The notes under the pieces were generated by a model. That model made no database searches. It was not told the origin of the DNA and saw nothing but the letters and a program-made list of their open reading frames with translations. A stretch of DNA of 33,567 nt from Lophium mytilinum (lineage: Eukaryota). The translations under genes and the position numbers were made by a program. This document shows, piece after piece, positions 1-11,766 of the stretch; the stretch's first letter is position 1, and each line of letters opens with the position of its first letter. The DNA is taken from contig MU004201.1 of the NCBI GenBank assembly GCA_010093605.1, positions 404,289 through 437,855 of the forward strand, written 5' to 3'.

Positions 1-1959
1 GTTTTCCATCTTTATAGATGTAAGCTCCCTTTTTATCTACCTCTGGAGTTTAGTAGGTGTGTTGGATTGCCTTCTTCTTTGAGTCGCCACTGCTGTATGC
101 AATGGGTACGGTGTGGAGACGAGGGCCGTTAGGATACTAGTTGACTGTATAGCGTAGCCAGGCTGCGATTTCAGTGCCTGTTGAGGTGCCTATTGGCTTA
201 GCTAGGGGTCTTATATCCTAAGGATTAAACCGTTTTATTAAGTGCTCGTGCCGCGTAAGTGATAGAACGTAAGGAGGGTTTTTAAATAAGCTTCTAACGA
301 AGTTTGCACAAAGTCTATGGGCCGAGAAATGGAGTCCCGAAGTAGAAGGGAATTCCAGAGTGGAGGGTTTGATTTGGAGGGCACGGTTTCTCCCCTTAAA
401 CCGAGACTTGGAGGTACCGAGAGGCGAGGGTCGTCTATAGTGGAGCTTGTTGGACGACAGTAAGTCTAGGTAGGAGAGATAGCGCAGTACTAGTACCCTT
501 GTGTGGGTGGCTGGGAGGGGTGGCTGGGGAGGGCGGCCAGGTGAGGTGAGGCCTTATAAGTGACGGGCGGTTTACCGAAACGCCCTGGTATTCTAGGAGG
601 CGGCAAGGTATAGCTTTGTCTTCGATAAGCTTCCGCCGATGGCCTGTTTTGTACGCAAGGGCCTTGCAGCTAAGAGGACGGAGGTGAGAGACATCAGGCT
701 TCGAGCCCCACCAACCTTCATAAGGGGTCATTTTTATTCGGGAATGCCGGGTAAGGTTACGGAGATAGGCGATAGACTTAACAATAAACGGCCAAAGGGT
801 TTTAGAATACGTTCGGCATCTATTGTGGTATATGTGTATACGGCAATGATGCGAATTGTAACTTCCGCTATACCGTTTTGTTGGTATTAATCGGTGCCTG
901 TTATTTTTATTTCAATTCCTTGGTCCCGGCAGAATTCCTGAACTAGATCGGACGTACTCTCTCCTGCTTAATTAAGGCGTACTCGATGGCAGCGTCGTTT
1001 AGGGCGCTCAAATGTCTCTAGTAGGTCCTTAAAGGCAGCTGGAAATCCAGTCTTGCCTTAAAGGGCTTTGACCCAGGTGTAGCCCGTAAAGTTATTAATA
1101 AAGACGGCGTGGTTTTCTAATCTATTATAGCCCTTGTTGAGACGGCTAGAAAGGTCGGTGTGGATGAACTCTAGCGGATACTCCCCTCTACGAGAGGGCA
1201 AATTATGCGGATTCTCGCGTTGCTTTGCCCGCACGCAGCTAATGCACATGCTATAGTGTGGTAATAGGCGCATGCCTATGACCAGCGCAGCTGTGTCTTG
1301 CAGGCTTTGCTCCCCTGGATGGCCAAATCGTGCATGCCAGGCTAGCAGCCGGTCATCCTTAATGCTGTAGGCTGGGAGGGTAATGTTAAAGCTATTCTAT
1401 ATAGTCTTTCCTCTCTAGAGGCGCAGGGGTAGGAGTCCGTATCGTTCGTCGGCATGGATGACACCTCCTGGAGCTAAGATAGCAACGCCAGTGTCTGTAA
1501 ATGCATACTCAGCTCCTTTACACTTAAGTTGAGATGGTGCAATAAGGTGGCACCCGGCGGTAGGGTTGTAAAGCGTGTCCTCCAGCATTAGCCAGACTAG
1601 TCGGCCATCAACATCGTAGGGAATTCGAGCAGTACCAATGTGTGTAGATGATGAACTGTTGCCTCCAAAACTAGCGGTTTCTTCGCTGTTGTAGGGTTGT
1701 AAGGTATTAGGAACAAAGAAAGTCTTGTTGTCCGTAGTGTGCTGATTACAGCCAGTATTAAAGAGCCAGTTTGCTTATAGAATTAACCGCGCGTTGCTAG
1801 CCACAAGGTGGATAATACCAGCTTCAGTGGGTGGTTTATAGGCCACTGTTGCCATTAGGCTAGGGTCGGCTTGCTTTTCTGCGTTCTTGTTTTCTCGACT
1901 CCTGCGGCGTCTGTCTCTCTCCACAGCAAATGCCTTTCTCTTGTCTGGGTGGAACCTCC
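1..1959 (-). mobile_element. Ty1/copia pol half (end of zinc knuckle, protease, GAG-pre-integrase, integrase, SH3-like, start of RT); RIP-degraded, runs off the left edge
   Basis: Minus-strand translation in copia order: RFHPDKRK (~1957), WLFNTGCNQH at ~1740-1770 (DTG with D>N), LLAWHARFGHPGEQSL at ~1300-1350, YPLEFIHTDL (ORF 1058-1273), TPYEGWWGSKPDVSHLR...DKAIPCRLLEYQG (ORF 435-731), and IKRELTSIKMEN at the edge, resembling the RT start. Confidence 0.9.
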
Positions 1960-3500
1960 TTGGGATTCAGGAATTTGCCGGTGACGAGATCGACGGGCTG
2001 TTAATAATCCGGTGCTACTTGCATTATAATGCCTCGGGAATTAGTGGGAATTCTAATTACCCCTAGGTTATTTTAACAAGCGTCCTATATCGTTGATCTT
2101 AAGGCCAAGGTTATTAGCGGCGTCCGCATTCGCCTTTCTCTTAAAGAACCCCAGTAAAAGTGAATTAGTTTTAATCTCTCCTCAATCCGCAATATAGCCT
2201 AAGGGCTATTTCTTCGACCGGGTAGTTGAAGCTTTATTGTAGTAGATCCTAATAGGCTCCTGGCCTTTAGAGACTTCCGCCGTAGATAGCTTACTATACT
2301 TCTTTCGCTTAGCCGTGATTATAATTTTCTGGGACTGGGCTAAGGAGACCCTCTTTTGCTCTAGAAGTGCGCCCTTTGCCACTGTCATCGCACTGGATTA
2401 ATTTTAAGGAGTTCACAACGGTCCTTTTAGGGAAGATTCTAGGGCCATAAAACCTGCAGATACCTAGGCGAGTGCCGCAGCAGCCTTAGTTGCCTCCCGG
2501 AGTGTGGTTTCTAGAGAAGCGTATAAAGCTCGCCTCTTTAATAGGATAGAAAACCTTATCTCTAAGGAACTTATAACCTTACTTTTTAGAATACTAGGGA
2601 AGACCTTCGGGATATAACCGCTTACTCCTCAAGAAGTGGCCTCACAAGCTGAAGTTCCCGAGGAACTCTTCGGACGCTTCTTAATTGATTCCCCTTTATA
2701 TTCCGAATTGACAACCTCCTCCTGACACTTTAAACTCTTCTTCTTCCCTTTTAATCCCTATTTAGCTTCACCTGCTTTTTCTGCCACTTAACATTTAAGT
2801 AGTTATCATTTGGCTACAATTCAAAGTACTGCCTTGCTACCTATCTCTCTTACTCTATTTTCTATAGCTTTCACTCCTCTATTTTCTAACCAGCCTTCTC
2901 TTTCCATTGCCTTAATTGCCGAGCTTCTTAGGATTAGAAATCTTCCCCCTCTTACTTAATTAATGTCTAAATATTCCTTACCTACCGTTCTAAATAATCA
3001 TATGCATACATGTGCACTTTTTGGCGATGCTTGAGAAAGTCCCACGTAGCAGCAACCTCGCTCTTGAATTTTTTCCCCTCAGTCCAATTTCCCAGGAAGT
3101 TGGCTTAAGTAGACTTAGGCACAGCCCTATTGTCTAAGAAATCACGCTATTTGTCCAGACCCTGTTCTAAGCGAAGGGGTGACTTCGCGGGCATTCGAAG
3201 TGGATCTTCATTTAGGATGTGTATCCCGTTCATTAAGGTCGTCCTGTTTAGATCCAGTACTCTCAACGGACTCTATCACTTTTTATTCCGGGGATGCCTC
3301 CTTGGGAACTCTAGCCGTGGTTTCTAATACCTTAGTGGGGAGCCTAGCGTACGCATTATAGTCTATAAGTTCTTTAGAGGGAGAAGAAATTTATAGCCTT
3401 TAACATTAGCAGAGTCTAGAATAATTAGTTGAGATTCTAGCGTATTTGGCAACGGTGGCTGCCATAATGGGGGCTTTAGGAAGATTGGGGTTGTCCGCTA
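1960..3500 (-). pseudogene. Degraded ORF of unknown function, K/E-rich in part, abutting the copia fragment
   Basis: Minus strand has coding-like, purine-rich stretches with many TAA/TAG stops, ending ...QVAPDY*QPVDLVTGKFLNPKE at the junction. No recognisable domain. Confidence 0.35.
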
Positions 3501-3691
3501 TGTCGATCTAATGTGGACCCAGTCTTCAAGGTAAGGAAGTTAGATTTCTAAAGTCGCCCAATTTGGATTCATAGCCCGTGGGCCAGTTGGAGCTCGAAGC
3601 TATCTTTAAGGAAGGGTTTAAGGTCTAGAAGTTATAGAATAAGTGGTCTACCGCGTTCTAAAGATAGATCTAAACACTAATCCAACACCCA

Positions 3692-4022
3692 TGTTAGGAG
3701 CCAAAGATTAAGGTAGACGGGCTCGAAACTCGTGGAAGAAGGACACCCCCTGCCGGAGCTGGAAGACGGTACTGCAATAAAGAGTATAATAAGATATCTA
3801 ATTATATCTATTATATATTCATAAGAGATACAGGATATGCCGCCTATTAAACAATCAACCTGCTTTTAGTACTGCGCGAAGGCAGGAACCGCTTAAGTTG
3901 ACTGTATTATTAATATAAATCTATTTTTAGAGTATCTAAGAATGTCTAAAGGCGGGATTACATATTATATTAATATAAGAGGCCTAAAGGTACTAGCTTT
4001 TAATATTTTAAACTTTATAACA
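3692..4022. repeat. Possible orphan LTR-like segment (TGTTA...TAACA)
   Basis: 331-bp AT-rich block bounded by the 5-bp inverted termini TGTTA/TAACA. On the minus strand it is followed by TGG (3691-3689). No partner copy or target duplication seen. Confidence 0.25.
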
Positions 4023-5057
4023 GGAGTAAGAATATATTTCCATACAATTATATTTATATTTAAGCACTAAACTATACTATAGATGCAATACTCGCATACT
4101 ACTAGATAATATAACTACCAGACCAGATGCCCGCTTCTAAATAACGCAAGATGTATTCGGAAACGGATTAAATGAACTAGCTACCTAGCTTACGAGCACT
4201 TATCTAAAGGCATGCAAATACTTTATCGTCGCAAGATAAATATTCGTCTACGGGACCGAATTGAACGGCATCGGGAATCTATCTCGCAGCTATTTGTTAA
4301 TAAGTCTTCTAGCTTAAAGCTAGAGGCGTACAAGCAGTACTAGGCCACTATAAAGTAAGCGTAATATACTCTCGATATATATTATAACTAAGTTATAAGT
4401 GCGTCGAAGTACAAGCAACTACGTTAAAACTCCAGTAATGTAGTATAACTTCCAGGTATATATTAAGGTGGATCTATAGCTAGTTAGAGTACTTTCCAGC
4501 GGTTGACTATCCACAAGGGCATAAGAAGCTGTTCCAAATGTATTATAACGTTGAATAGTTATTAACTATCCCGCTAGTAGGAAGTCTAGGGTTTTTTTCT
4601 TCTCCTTAAGGGGTGCTAATTTTACCCTCTTTTGCCCGTTTATTATACTAAACTCTCCACGCTTCCATCTCGAAGTCCTGTATAGCCTCGCGCCTTCACG
4701 TATTATACCTCTAATCCTCACTTACCCATCTTTATCCCCTCCTCTCCCCTAAGATGTCGCGCCATCCTGCCCCCCAACCTCGCCGCTGGGATAGCCCTCT
4801 TTGGCTATTTAGCAGCCGTCTAGCTCGATAATAGCGGCTTCTCCCTTGCCGATACCTCTAATGTTCGCGCTCTTTCGCTGTTGCTCTCGAATCTCAGGTC
4901 CTCTAACCGCACACAAGAGCCTAAACGCGCCTAAAATTCTTATAGATTGATTAAATCGCTAAATAGGATTAAGGTAGAGCGAACACGCGGGCGGGCTAGG
5001 TCAGCCACAGAGAACTTATAACGCAGCTTCCACAACATCTAGTGTAGGCCGTTGTCT

Positions 5058-5169
5058 AAGCAGTATCGTCGTTGTATATATATTCCCTCTCTATTGCGCC
5101 GAGATGTAGAAAGCAGTATTGTCGTCGTACATGTATTCCCTCTCTATTGCGCCGAGATGTGGAAAGCAG
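5058..5169. repeat. 53-bp direct tandem duplication (2 copies)
   Basis: 5058-5110 and 5111-5163 both read AAGCAGTATYGTCGTYGTAYATRTATTCCCTCTCTATTGCGCCGAGATGTRGA and differ only by transitions. Confidence 0.9.
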
Positions 5170-5649
5170 GATGCGCATAGAGATAGAGGTCATTGGAGAC
5201 GGAATCTTGGAGAATGTGGGAATTGTAAGGAGGAGGGTTGGACGGGTGGAATGGGAGGCGGAAAGGCTGAAAGGATTTATAGAGAGGGTGGCGGAGGGGC
5301 TAGTAGAGAGAAGCGCGGTGGAAGAGAAGAGTGAGCTTAAGAGCTAATCTAATATCTAAAGCGAGGGTGGTAGTAATAGAGAGGGTTAAGATGCGCGGAT
5401 TTAGTTGGTTTGTAGTACCAGTTGCGGGAAGAGCTGGGTTATTAGTAAGTGTATAGAATGCAATATAGTAACAGGCTATAACTCTAATAGCCCCCTTAGT
5501 GCTGTCCTACTAGCATAGAAAATAGAACGCACTACTGCTTAGGTTCCCTTCTACTTTTCTTATGCTATTGTGAGAGCGCGCATATATATGTAGATGGAAA
5601 ATTAAAAGAGAGCTAAATATTAACTTTGTAAACTTTTATAGCGTACTCG

Positions 5650-6460
5650 AACTCTTAGGGGCTAGTAACAGCAGTCCAAGATATGCCAAGCGGACGTAAC
5701 TATACTTTTACTCAAGTTTGGGCAGGCTGTCTTTTCATCTCGTACTAATATATTATGAAGTGCGGAAGCCCTATAAACAACGGTAAATAGGCCCACTTAT
5801 AGCACCCCTATATCGTTATAGACCCCGCGTTTCTGGGCCGCCAATTGCATTTTGTGACGATGGATCTTGACGTTGGTGTTGGCGAGCTTGGCGTTGAAGG
5901 ACGTTTGGAGCTCGGCGAGCTTTGTGTTAAAGTTGAACTCTAGTGCGGTGAATTTTGAATTGAAGTGGGCGGTCAGCATTGAGATGGTGGTCTAGGCGGG
6001 GCTAGAGAGAGGAGGGGGATCTAAAAGGGGGTTAGTATAGCTTAAATGTTCTTAATGCTGTAGATTGGGCAGCTCCTCATGTAATAAGAGGGTTGGGCAC
6101 GTTAGGCTGCAGTGATATTAGTGCCTAAAAAAGCCGAGGATGTAGAAGACCAAATATACCTGGAGGCGCGATGTTGAAACGCTTGTTATTTGCCGGTATG
6201 TGTTTATTGTACGCTTAAGCCGAGTACAACATGTAATCCGGCGAGCTTGTCGCCGCATTCTAGGCTTGGCAGGTGCAATCCGTGGACTGTCCAGCGGTGT
6301 GCTAGGTTCGATGTCCGGTATATTGTTGCGTCGAGTTCGTCTGCACCTTATAGTAATCGATTTTCGAGGGGTAGAAGTTGGTAGGCGCTATTCTAAACCC
6401 GCTAGACCGCTATAGATACCTTCCACGCAGATTTCGCTTTGCGGGTCATGGAACTCATTG
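5650..6460 (-). pseudogene. RIP-degraded intron-containing gene with a coiled-coil-like segment
   Basis: Intron 6159-6021 (CAG|GTATAT ... TACTAAC ... TTTTAG). Splicing joins ...HRASR/SPSSL*PA*TTISMLTAHFNSKFTALEFNFNTKLAELQTSFNAKL in frame with ORF 5797-5979. Outer limits approximate. Confidence 0.45.
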
Positions 6461-6599
6461 AGATGTAGAGTGTAGAGAGGTAGTTTAAGTAAGGTTATTA
6501 ATAAGGTGAGCGTGGAACTCGTCGGGTTGTAGGGCGTAGATAGATTCTTAGCTATTATTCCACCTCCACCATTACTATGTCTGCATCCTAACTATTTAG

Positions 6600-7330
6600 G
6601 GTGAGGCCATTTATCGCGTTCTTTCCTCCGCCTACAGCCTCGTTTTCTCCTCCGCTTACAACCTCGTCCATCTCCCTTAACATAATGTCTAGCAGGTACC
6701 TCTAATCCACAAGGTCTTCTATGCGCTAGCGATGCCGACGTAGAGTAGTTGTTTAAGTAAGGTCGTTAATGAGGACGGCGTGGAACATGTTGGTTGCTTC
6801 CACCCTAGAACTAAAGAGCAGGGCCGACCGAAACACGTCGCCGGCATTCTTGAAGACAGATCGAGGGCGCGCGCGAGTTGCGATGTAGTTGGTAGTAATA
6901 GAGGCATCGAGAGGCGTCCCGGCGATGTGGTTAGCCGTGGCGGAGGCTTCTGGGCCGTGTGATTGAGGCCCAAGGGGCATGCTGCGTAGAGAATGTATTA
7001 TTAGTATATGTCTATAAATGGGGAGGGTGTAACTTATAGTTTGCTTTAACAATAGAATTGCCGTGTTTACCGAGGAGGGCAGCGAGAGCATTAACGTACT
7101 GGGCGGCGTCTACAGCGCCCAGGGTCCTTAAGAATGGCATCGACAGATCTAGACGGAGGCATTAGATTATCCTGCTTAGAGATGGAGGCGGAATCGGAGC
7201 TATATAGATCGAGGGGATCGCACTACAAGGCGGTGGCTTTAAGGTTGTAAGAGTCTATAGACTTAGCCTGCTTAGAAGTAGTGGCTTTGGAGCGGAACGA
7301 CGAGATCGGACGCGAGCGAGGTAAGGTTCT
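6600..7330 (-). pseudogene. Degraded probably spliced gene, unknown function
   Basis: Candidate intron from GTAAAC (~7070) through CTAAT to CAG (~6982), flanked by GC-richer coding-like sequence. Reading frame unresolved. Confidence 0.25.
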
Positions 7331-8780
7331 AGTTAAAACGTACCTACTAGGCAATGCCCCCGCGGACGCCGACGGAGTGCTGAGTACGCCACTTCTACTT
7401 TAGCCCTATATCGCTTCCTGATTCAGGCGTATTAGCATGTCATGCGGGTCGACGTCTTCTAATCTAAAGACGTTTTGCGTGATTCCTATTGAATGCTGTT
7501 ACCAACATCGTTGCAGTCGATTCTCCGCCATGTTTGCTAAGAATCTTAAATCTTATCTAGCCATCTATTTACACGCGAACTTCTTATTTGCAACGCTCGC
7601 CCTGCGATGCACTTAAGAGCCCACGAGTTCCCCCTAAACACGCCGTTAAAGGGTGTTAATGTAGCGTTTAATATTGTGGAGTAATTCTCGGGCTATTATA
7701 TAAAGGCATTAATACCCTCCCAATCATTTAAGAGCCTTCGCACCCTCAACACGCCCAGTTTAGTTATCTTATGACGCAGCTTAGACCTCTTTGCAGAAAC
7801 CATAAACCAGGAGATATCGTCGCTACATTCTAATTATTCCGGGGCTGGATTGATAAGCACAGAACCGCGAACTCGACTTACCACATCTGAGCAGCCCTGA
7901 AAACTGCCGGGGGTGTATTAAACCAGCAACTAACATGCATAGCGATGCCTGCATTTACGTTTAACTTTGCTAGAAGATGGAGAGTTTATATTTATTCTGT
8001 TAATCTGCTAAAATTCGCTCTCCATGTGTCACAAGCATATTACTGCTGTGGTATTGCTGGGGATTCATATAGTTGATAATTAGGTTTTAGTGGTAATAAC
8101 TTGAAGTATTAAGTACTATGCTCATGCCACCATCACAAAATGTAAGACTTCGCTTAGCGGGAAGCACACGATGCTCCAGAGTCTCACTTTCAGTAAGGCT
8201 GCAGGCGGACAGGATTGCGGTGTTGCTTAGACAGCTTTAGATAGCGTTTGAATGATGTTTAGATATTATTTGGAGCACCTTCGGTCCACCCCCGGTCTAT
8301 CTTTGGATATAGGTCTATGGTCCTAGAAGTTACAACTCTACCTTTATATTAGATGCTCTTTGGCTTACACTTAAACGTGGCACTTACGCATGCTCAGTTG
8401 CGACATTGTATTTCCGTAACGAGTTTGCTGCCTAAGTGCTAATTCGGTGTTGTTGGTCTATGGAAACGCTGTTCTATGCAGCGCTAAGCTTAACGCTTTG
8501 GATCGGGCAAGGAAAGTCGTGCTGGGATGTTGTTAACGTGCGTATCCTGCTGAGCCCCACGGTTACCGTTAATCTAATTGACCAATGAAGGGGGTCGTCG
8601 TTAATTAAATTAACGGCTCATCCAGCAGAGCTCGCGGTTGATCGATTGACTGAACCCATTAATACTAACGATGCTGTCAATATTAACTACTGTTTGTATG
8701 GTTAGCCGGTTCAGGCCTTACGTATCAATTGATTAAACCTTACCTAGATGGCCCGTTAGTTGAGTTGAGTAACATTGAAA

Positions 8781-8975
8781 TCATTTAAGGAGGCATCCTA
8801 AACCACGTAGCCCTCCGCCAACGTTTGAAATCCCCCTGTGCTCATCTACGACAAAATAGAAGGCGAATTTAACAAGACCATTAGCATCTCGGCTCGCAGG
8901 TTCGCAAAGCATATCTATGAGCACTGGAACGTCTAGCGGTCAGCGACAGGAAACCGTAGTCTAATGCCGGCGCTC
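8781..8975 (+). pseudogene. EPL1: Fragment resembling enhancer-of-polycomb-like protein (Epl1, NuA4 subunit)
   Basis: Frame from 8781 reads SFKEAS*TT*PSANV*NPPVLIYDKIEGEFNKTISISARRFAKHIYEHWNV*RSATGNRSLMPAL. This matches my recollection of the Pezizomycotina Epl1 segment FEE.AQ.KQPFAAVDNPPVL...FAKDIYEHWK.RR...GNRPL.PSL. No similarity seen outside these 65 codons. Confidence 0.7.
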
Positions 8976-9082
8976 CCTCCTTCTCTCCTCCCGCCTCTCT
9001 CCCCGTCCGGCAGCTTGGTTAGTAAGCCGGACACTCCTCAATTGGATTAACGGCCGGTTTACTAATATCACTTGTAGTTAGT

Positions 9083-9138
9083 CCAATCGGATTAATCCTG
9101 TATCCAATTAATTCTTGAGCGTAGATTAATCCGATTGG
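9083..9138. repeat. Perfect 15-bp inverted repeat
   Basis: CCAATCGGATTAATC (9083-9097) and GATTAATCCGATTGG (9124-9138), 26-nt spacer. Confidence 0.85.
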
Positions 9139-9617
9139 CTCGATTAGTATACACGAATTAGTAGGTGCAACGTAAGAATACTAACGGCTGAAGACGACGT
9201 CTTAGCCGCCAGGATCTTAGAAGTCTTACGGCTGATTAATGCACAGTTGCAGCCGACCCACGGTAGCTGATGGGGCGAGCCGCGAAAATTATCCGGTATT
9301 CGCAGACATTAAACCATAGAATCTAGCATCTGTCTATACTTTCGCGAAGCTATTGTGCTGCAACCATGTCTTTCTCGTCCCCGACCGCTTGAGAACTATG
9401 ACATTTGGGCGATTGAGCGTCGCAAAGGTTGAGAGTGAGGCCTCTGTGAGCAACCGCAGTCTCCGGGATAGGATTAGCGTTGAATAACCGTGGATTTCTG
9501 TTCTTCGTGTTCAAGCGTGGGAGCAGGCCTAAGGCGTTAATAGGTATAAGAGAATTGATATGGAGTCTTGCCCAGTCCAATTATCGGCCTCTACTGCCGA
9601 TGCCGTGGACCTGCAAA

Positions 9618-10330
9618 GAGGACGCTGATTTAAATTAGACTAAGGACGAAGAGATAGAGGTCCTAAGCTCACTTCTTGGCAAAGCAAACTCAGATCCTAT
9701 CTTAGCACGAGCTGGTGTTTTGATCGAGGAGATGCTAAAATAAGGACGCTGATTTGAACTAAACGGAGGATGAAGGGGCACAGGTCCCGAGTCGACTTCT
9801 CGGCGAAGCAAACCCAAATCCCACCTTAGAACGAGCTGATGATCTAGTTAAGGAGATGCTAAAACGAACTAAACGGAGGACAAAAAGGCAGAGGGCCCGA
9901 ACCCACTTCTTGACGAAGCGACCCCAGATCCTACCTTAGCGCGAGCTAATTACGTGGTTGGGGAGATGCCAACTCCATAAAGACTGTAATAGACCCAATC
10001 CGGAAAGACATCTTCTACCACATTAAGTAGAGTGTACCTTCACCCTTAGATTTTAAAGCTGCGTGGAACGAAGCACGCTAGATTAAAGTCTACCAGTACC
10101 TAGGGTCTATATTGCGCAGCACTCGGGAACTCTAGATATAATTAACAGGACTTAGAGCCTACGAGGGAGCCACCGCCGAAGCAAGAAGGCATCTCCGTTG
10201 TTATTTAAGGGGCACACAGCAAGCAATCAAGTTCGGGCGATTTGGGCGGCGATAGCCTAGATGCTGCTATGCTACTAGTGGACCCCTAAGTAAAAAGCAT
10301 CTAACATCCAACAAGACCTCGCAGGACAGT
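9618..10330 (+). pseudogene. Degraded gene beginning with three ~40-aa acidic repeats
   Basis: Diverged units with periods 124 and 110 bp: EDADLN*TKDEEIEVLSSLLGKANSDPILARAGVLIEEMLK / ..DADLN*TEDEGAQVPSRLLGEANPNPTLERADDLVKEMLK / N*TEDKKAEGPNPLLDEATPDPTLARANYVVGEMP, then unique coding-like sequence (TVIDPIRKDIFYHIK...). Confidence 0.55.
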
Positions 10331-11206
10331 CGCATTAAGGAAGTCGTTGTGGATACGGCAAGGCTTCGAAAAGCAGAACTTTCTTTCTCTTCTCCAGCAG
10401 TTCGGATGGTACCCGGGCAGCTCTTCTTCATTCTCTCCACGGTTGTAGCAGAGGCCGCTAGCGAGCTGCGTAGGCTTCTCGTGATCCGAGTAGCGGGTTT
10501 CCGGTCGTGTTATGCAAGTATAAAGAGTCCCGATTCTAAAGCCGCCCTTAACGAGTAGACCGTCGATTAAGAATGCTGGTGCCGGTCTAATAGACTAGGT
10601 TGGCCTCTTCTCCCTCCAGTGATCGGTCCGTTTACCTTGGCTTTTCGGACACAACGACTCTCGCAGTTCTAGCTCTTGGTCCGTCTCACCACTCTAGAAA
10701 GAGAGAGGTTAGGCACACTTAGCATTTGCACACAGATGAGCTTGCTCGAGAGATAGAGCATCTTGTCCCGCCGACAGTCCCCTTGCTCTTTGCTGAACGA
10801 TAATCAATTAATCAGTCTGCTTTAAAATGATTGACTTGAAGTCTTAGTTATAATAAGCCTGGTTAATTGATTGGTTAACATTAATATTAAATTGATCGAC
10901 ATCGTTGAAGTCGTAATTTTTGGCACGATGCTGTTAAGTTTTAGAGTCGTAAAACAAATTATTTCATTAATGCATGCTTATCCTCATTCTCATCTTCATT
11001 TGAAGATTCATTGGCTTCGTTGGTTCAAGCAGTACTAGGTTTGTCGCAGGAGGGCGGCGGTAGGTTTGGGTGTCGCAGGAGGTATGGGCGTAAAGAAGCT
11101 TAATGCAGATTGCTTCTTCTTTACCAAAGATGATGTGGGCTGCGACGAGCGTTTTAGTGGGGCGTTCTTCGAACGCTCGTGCTGACTCATTCTAGCCCAG
11201 CCTGGC

Positions 11207-11260
11207 ACTCAGCCGACTCAGCCGACCCGGCTAACCCAGCCGACCCAGCTCACTCAGCCC
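11207..11260. repeat. 9-bp tandem repeat, 6 copies
   Basis: ACTCAGCCG ACTCAGCCG ACCCGGCTA ACCCAGCCG ACCCAGCTC ACTCAGCCC. Confidence 0.85.
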
Positions 11261-11766
11261 AACTTTATTTAATATGTTAGAGCAGTTGTACATTATGTAA
11301 TACTGAGAGTATAGTCTCTCCATAGCTGCTGCGCATCCACCTATCAATTAATTAACATAAATCCCATCGTAACTTGGCGTTAATTCCAATCGCTTCATTA
11401 AGTGGCTGAATTATCTACAGCCCTGCGTGAGAGTGAACACCTAATGTGTTCGGGAGCGGTAAGATTGCAAGACATGCCAGCGATGCAGCAAAAGGACTAT
11501 AATGGGAAGGGGAAGAGCTCTTAGGGGTGGTTGGGAAGCGCTGCTGCAATGGTGGCCGTTGAAGTCGGTCGCTACAATCGGTCTCAGGCAGCGCCGTGCG
11601 GCCTAAATGGCATTTTCGTCGGAAAAGCTAAATCCAAAATAGAGTTAGATCTTCTGCCATCTAATATGTCAGGGCGCAAATTTAACTTAAGGCTGAACCA
11701 TCCATAATCTTCGTTTTAGCTAGATATGGAGCGAGTGTAGTGTATGTAATAGGAACTAAGGGCTAA

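Noticed and set aside
11040..11190. Minus-strand KKKQSALSFF as a PCNA-binding PIP box or MSH6-like fragment
   Set aside because: Spacing is one residue short of QxxLxxFF, and the context is too short and low-complexity.
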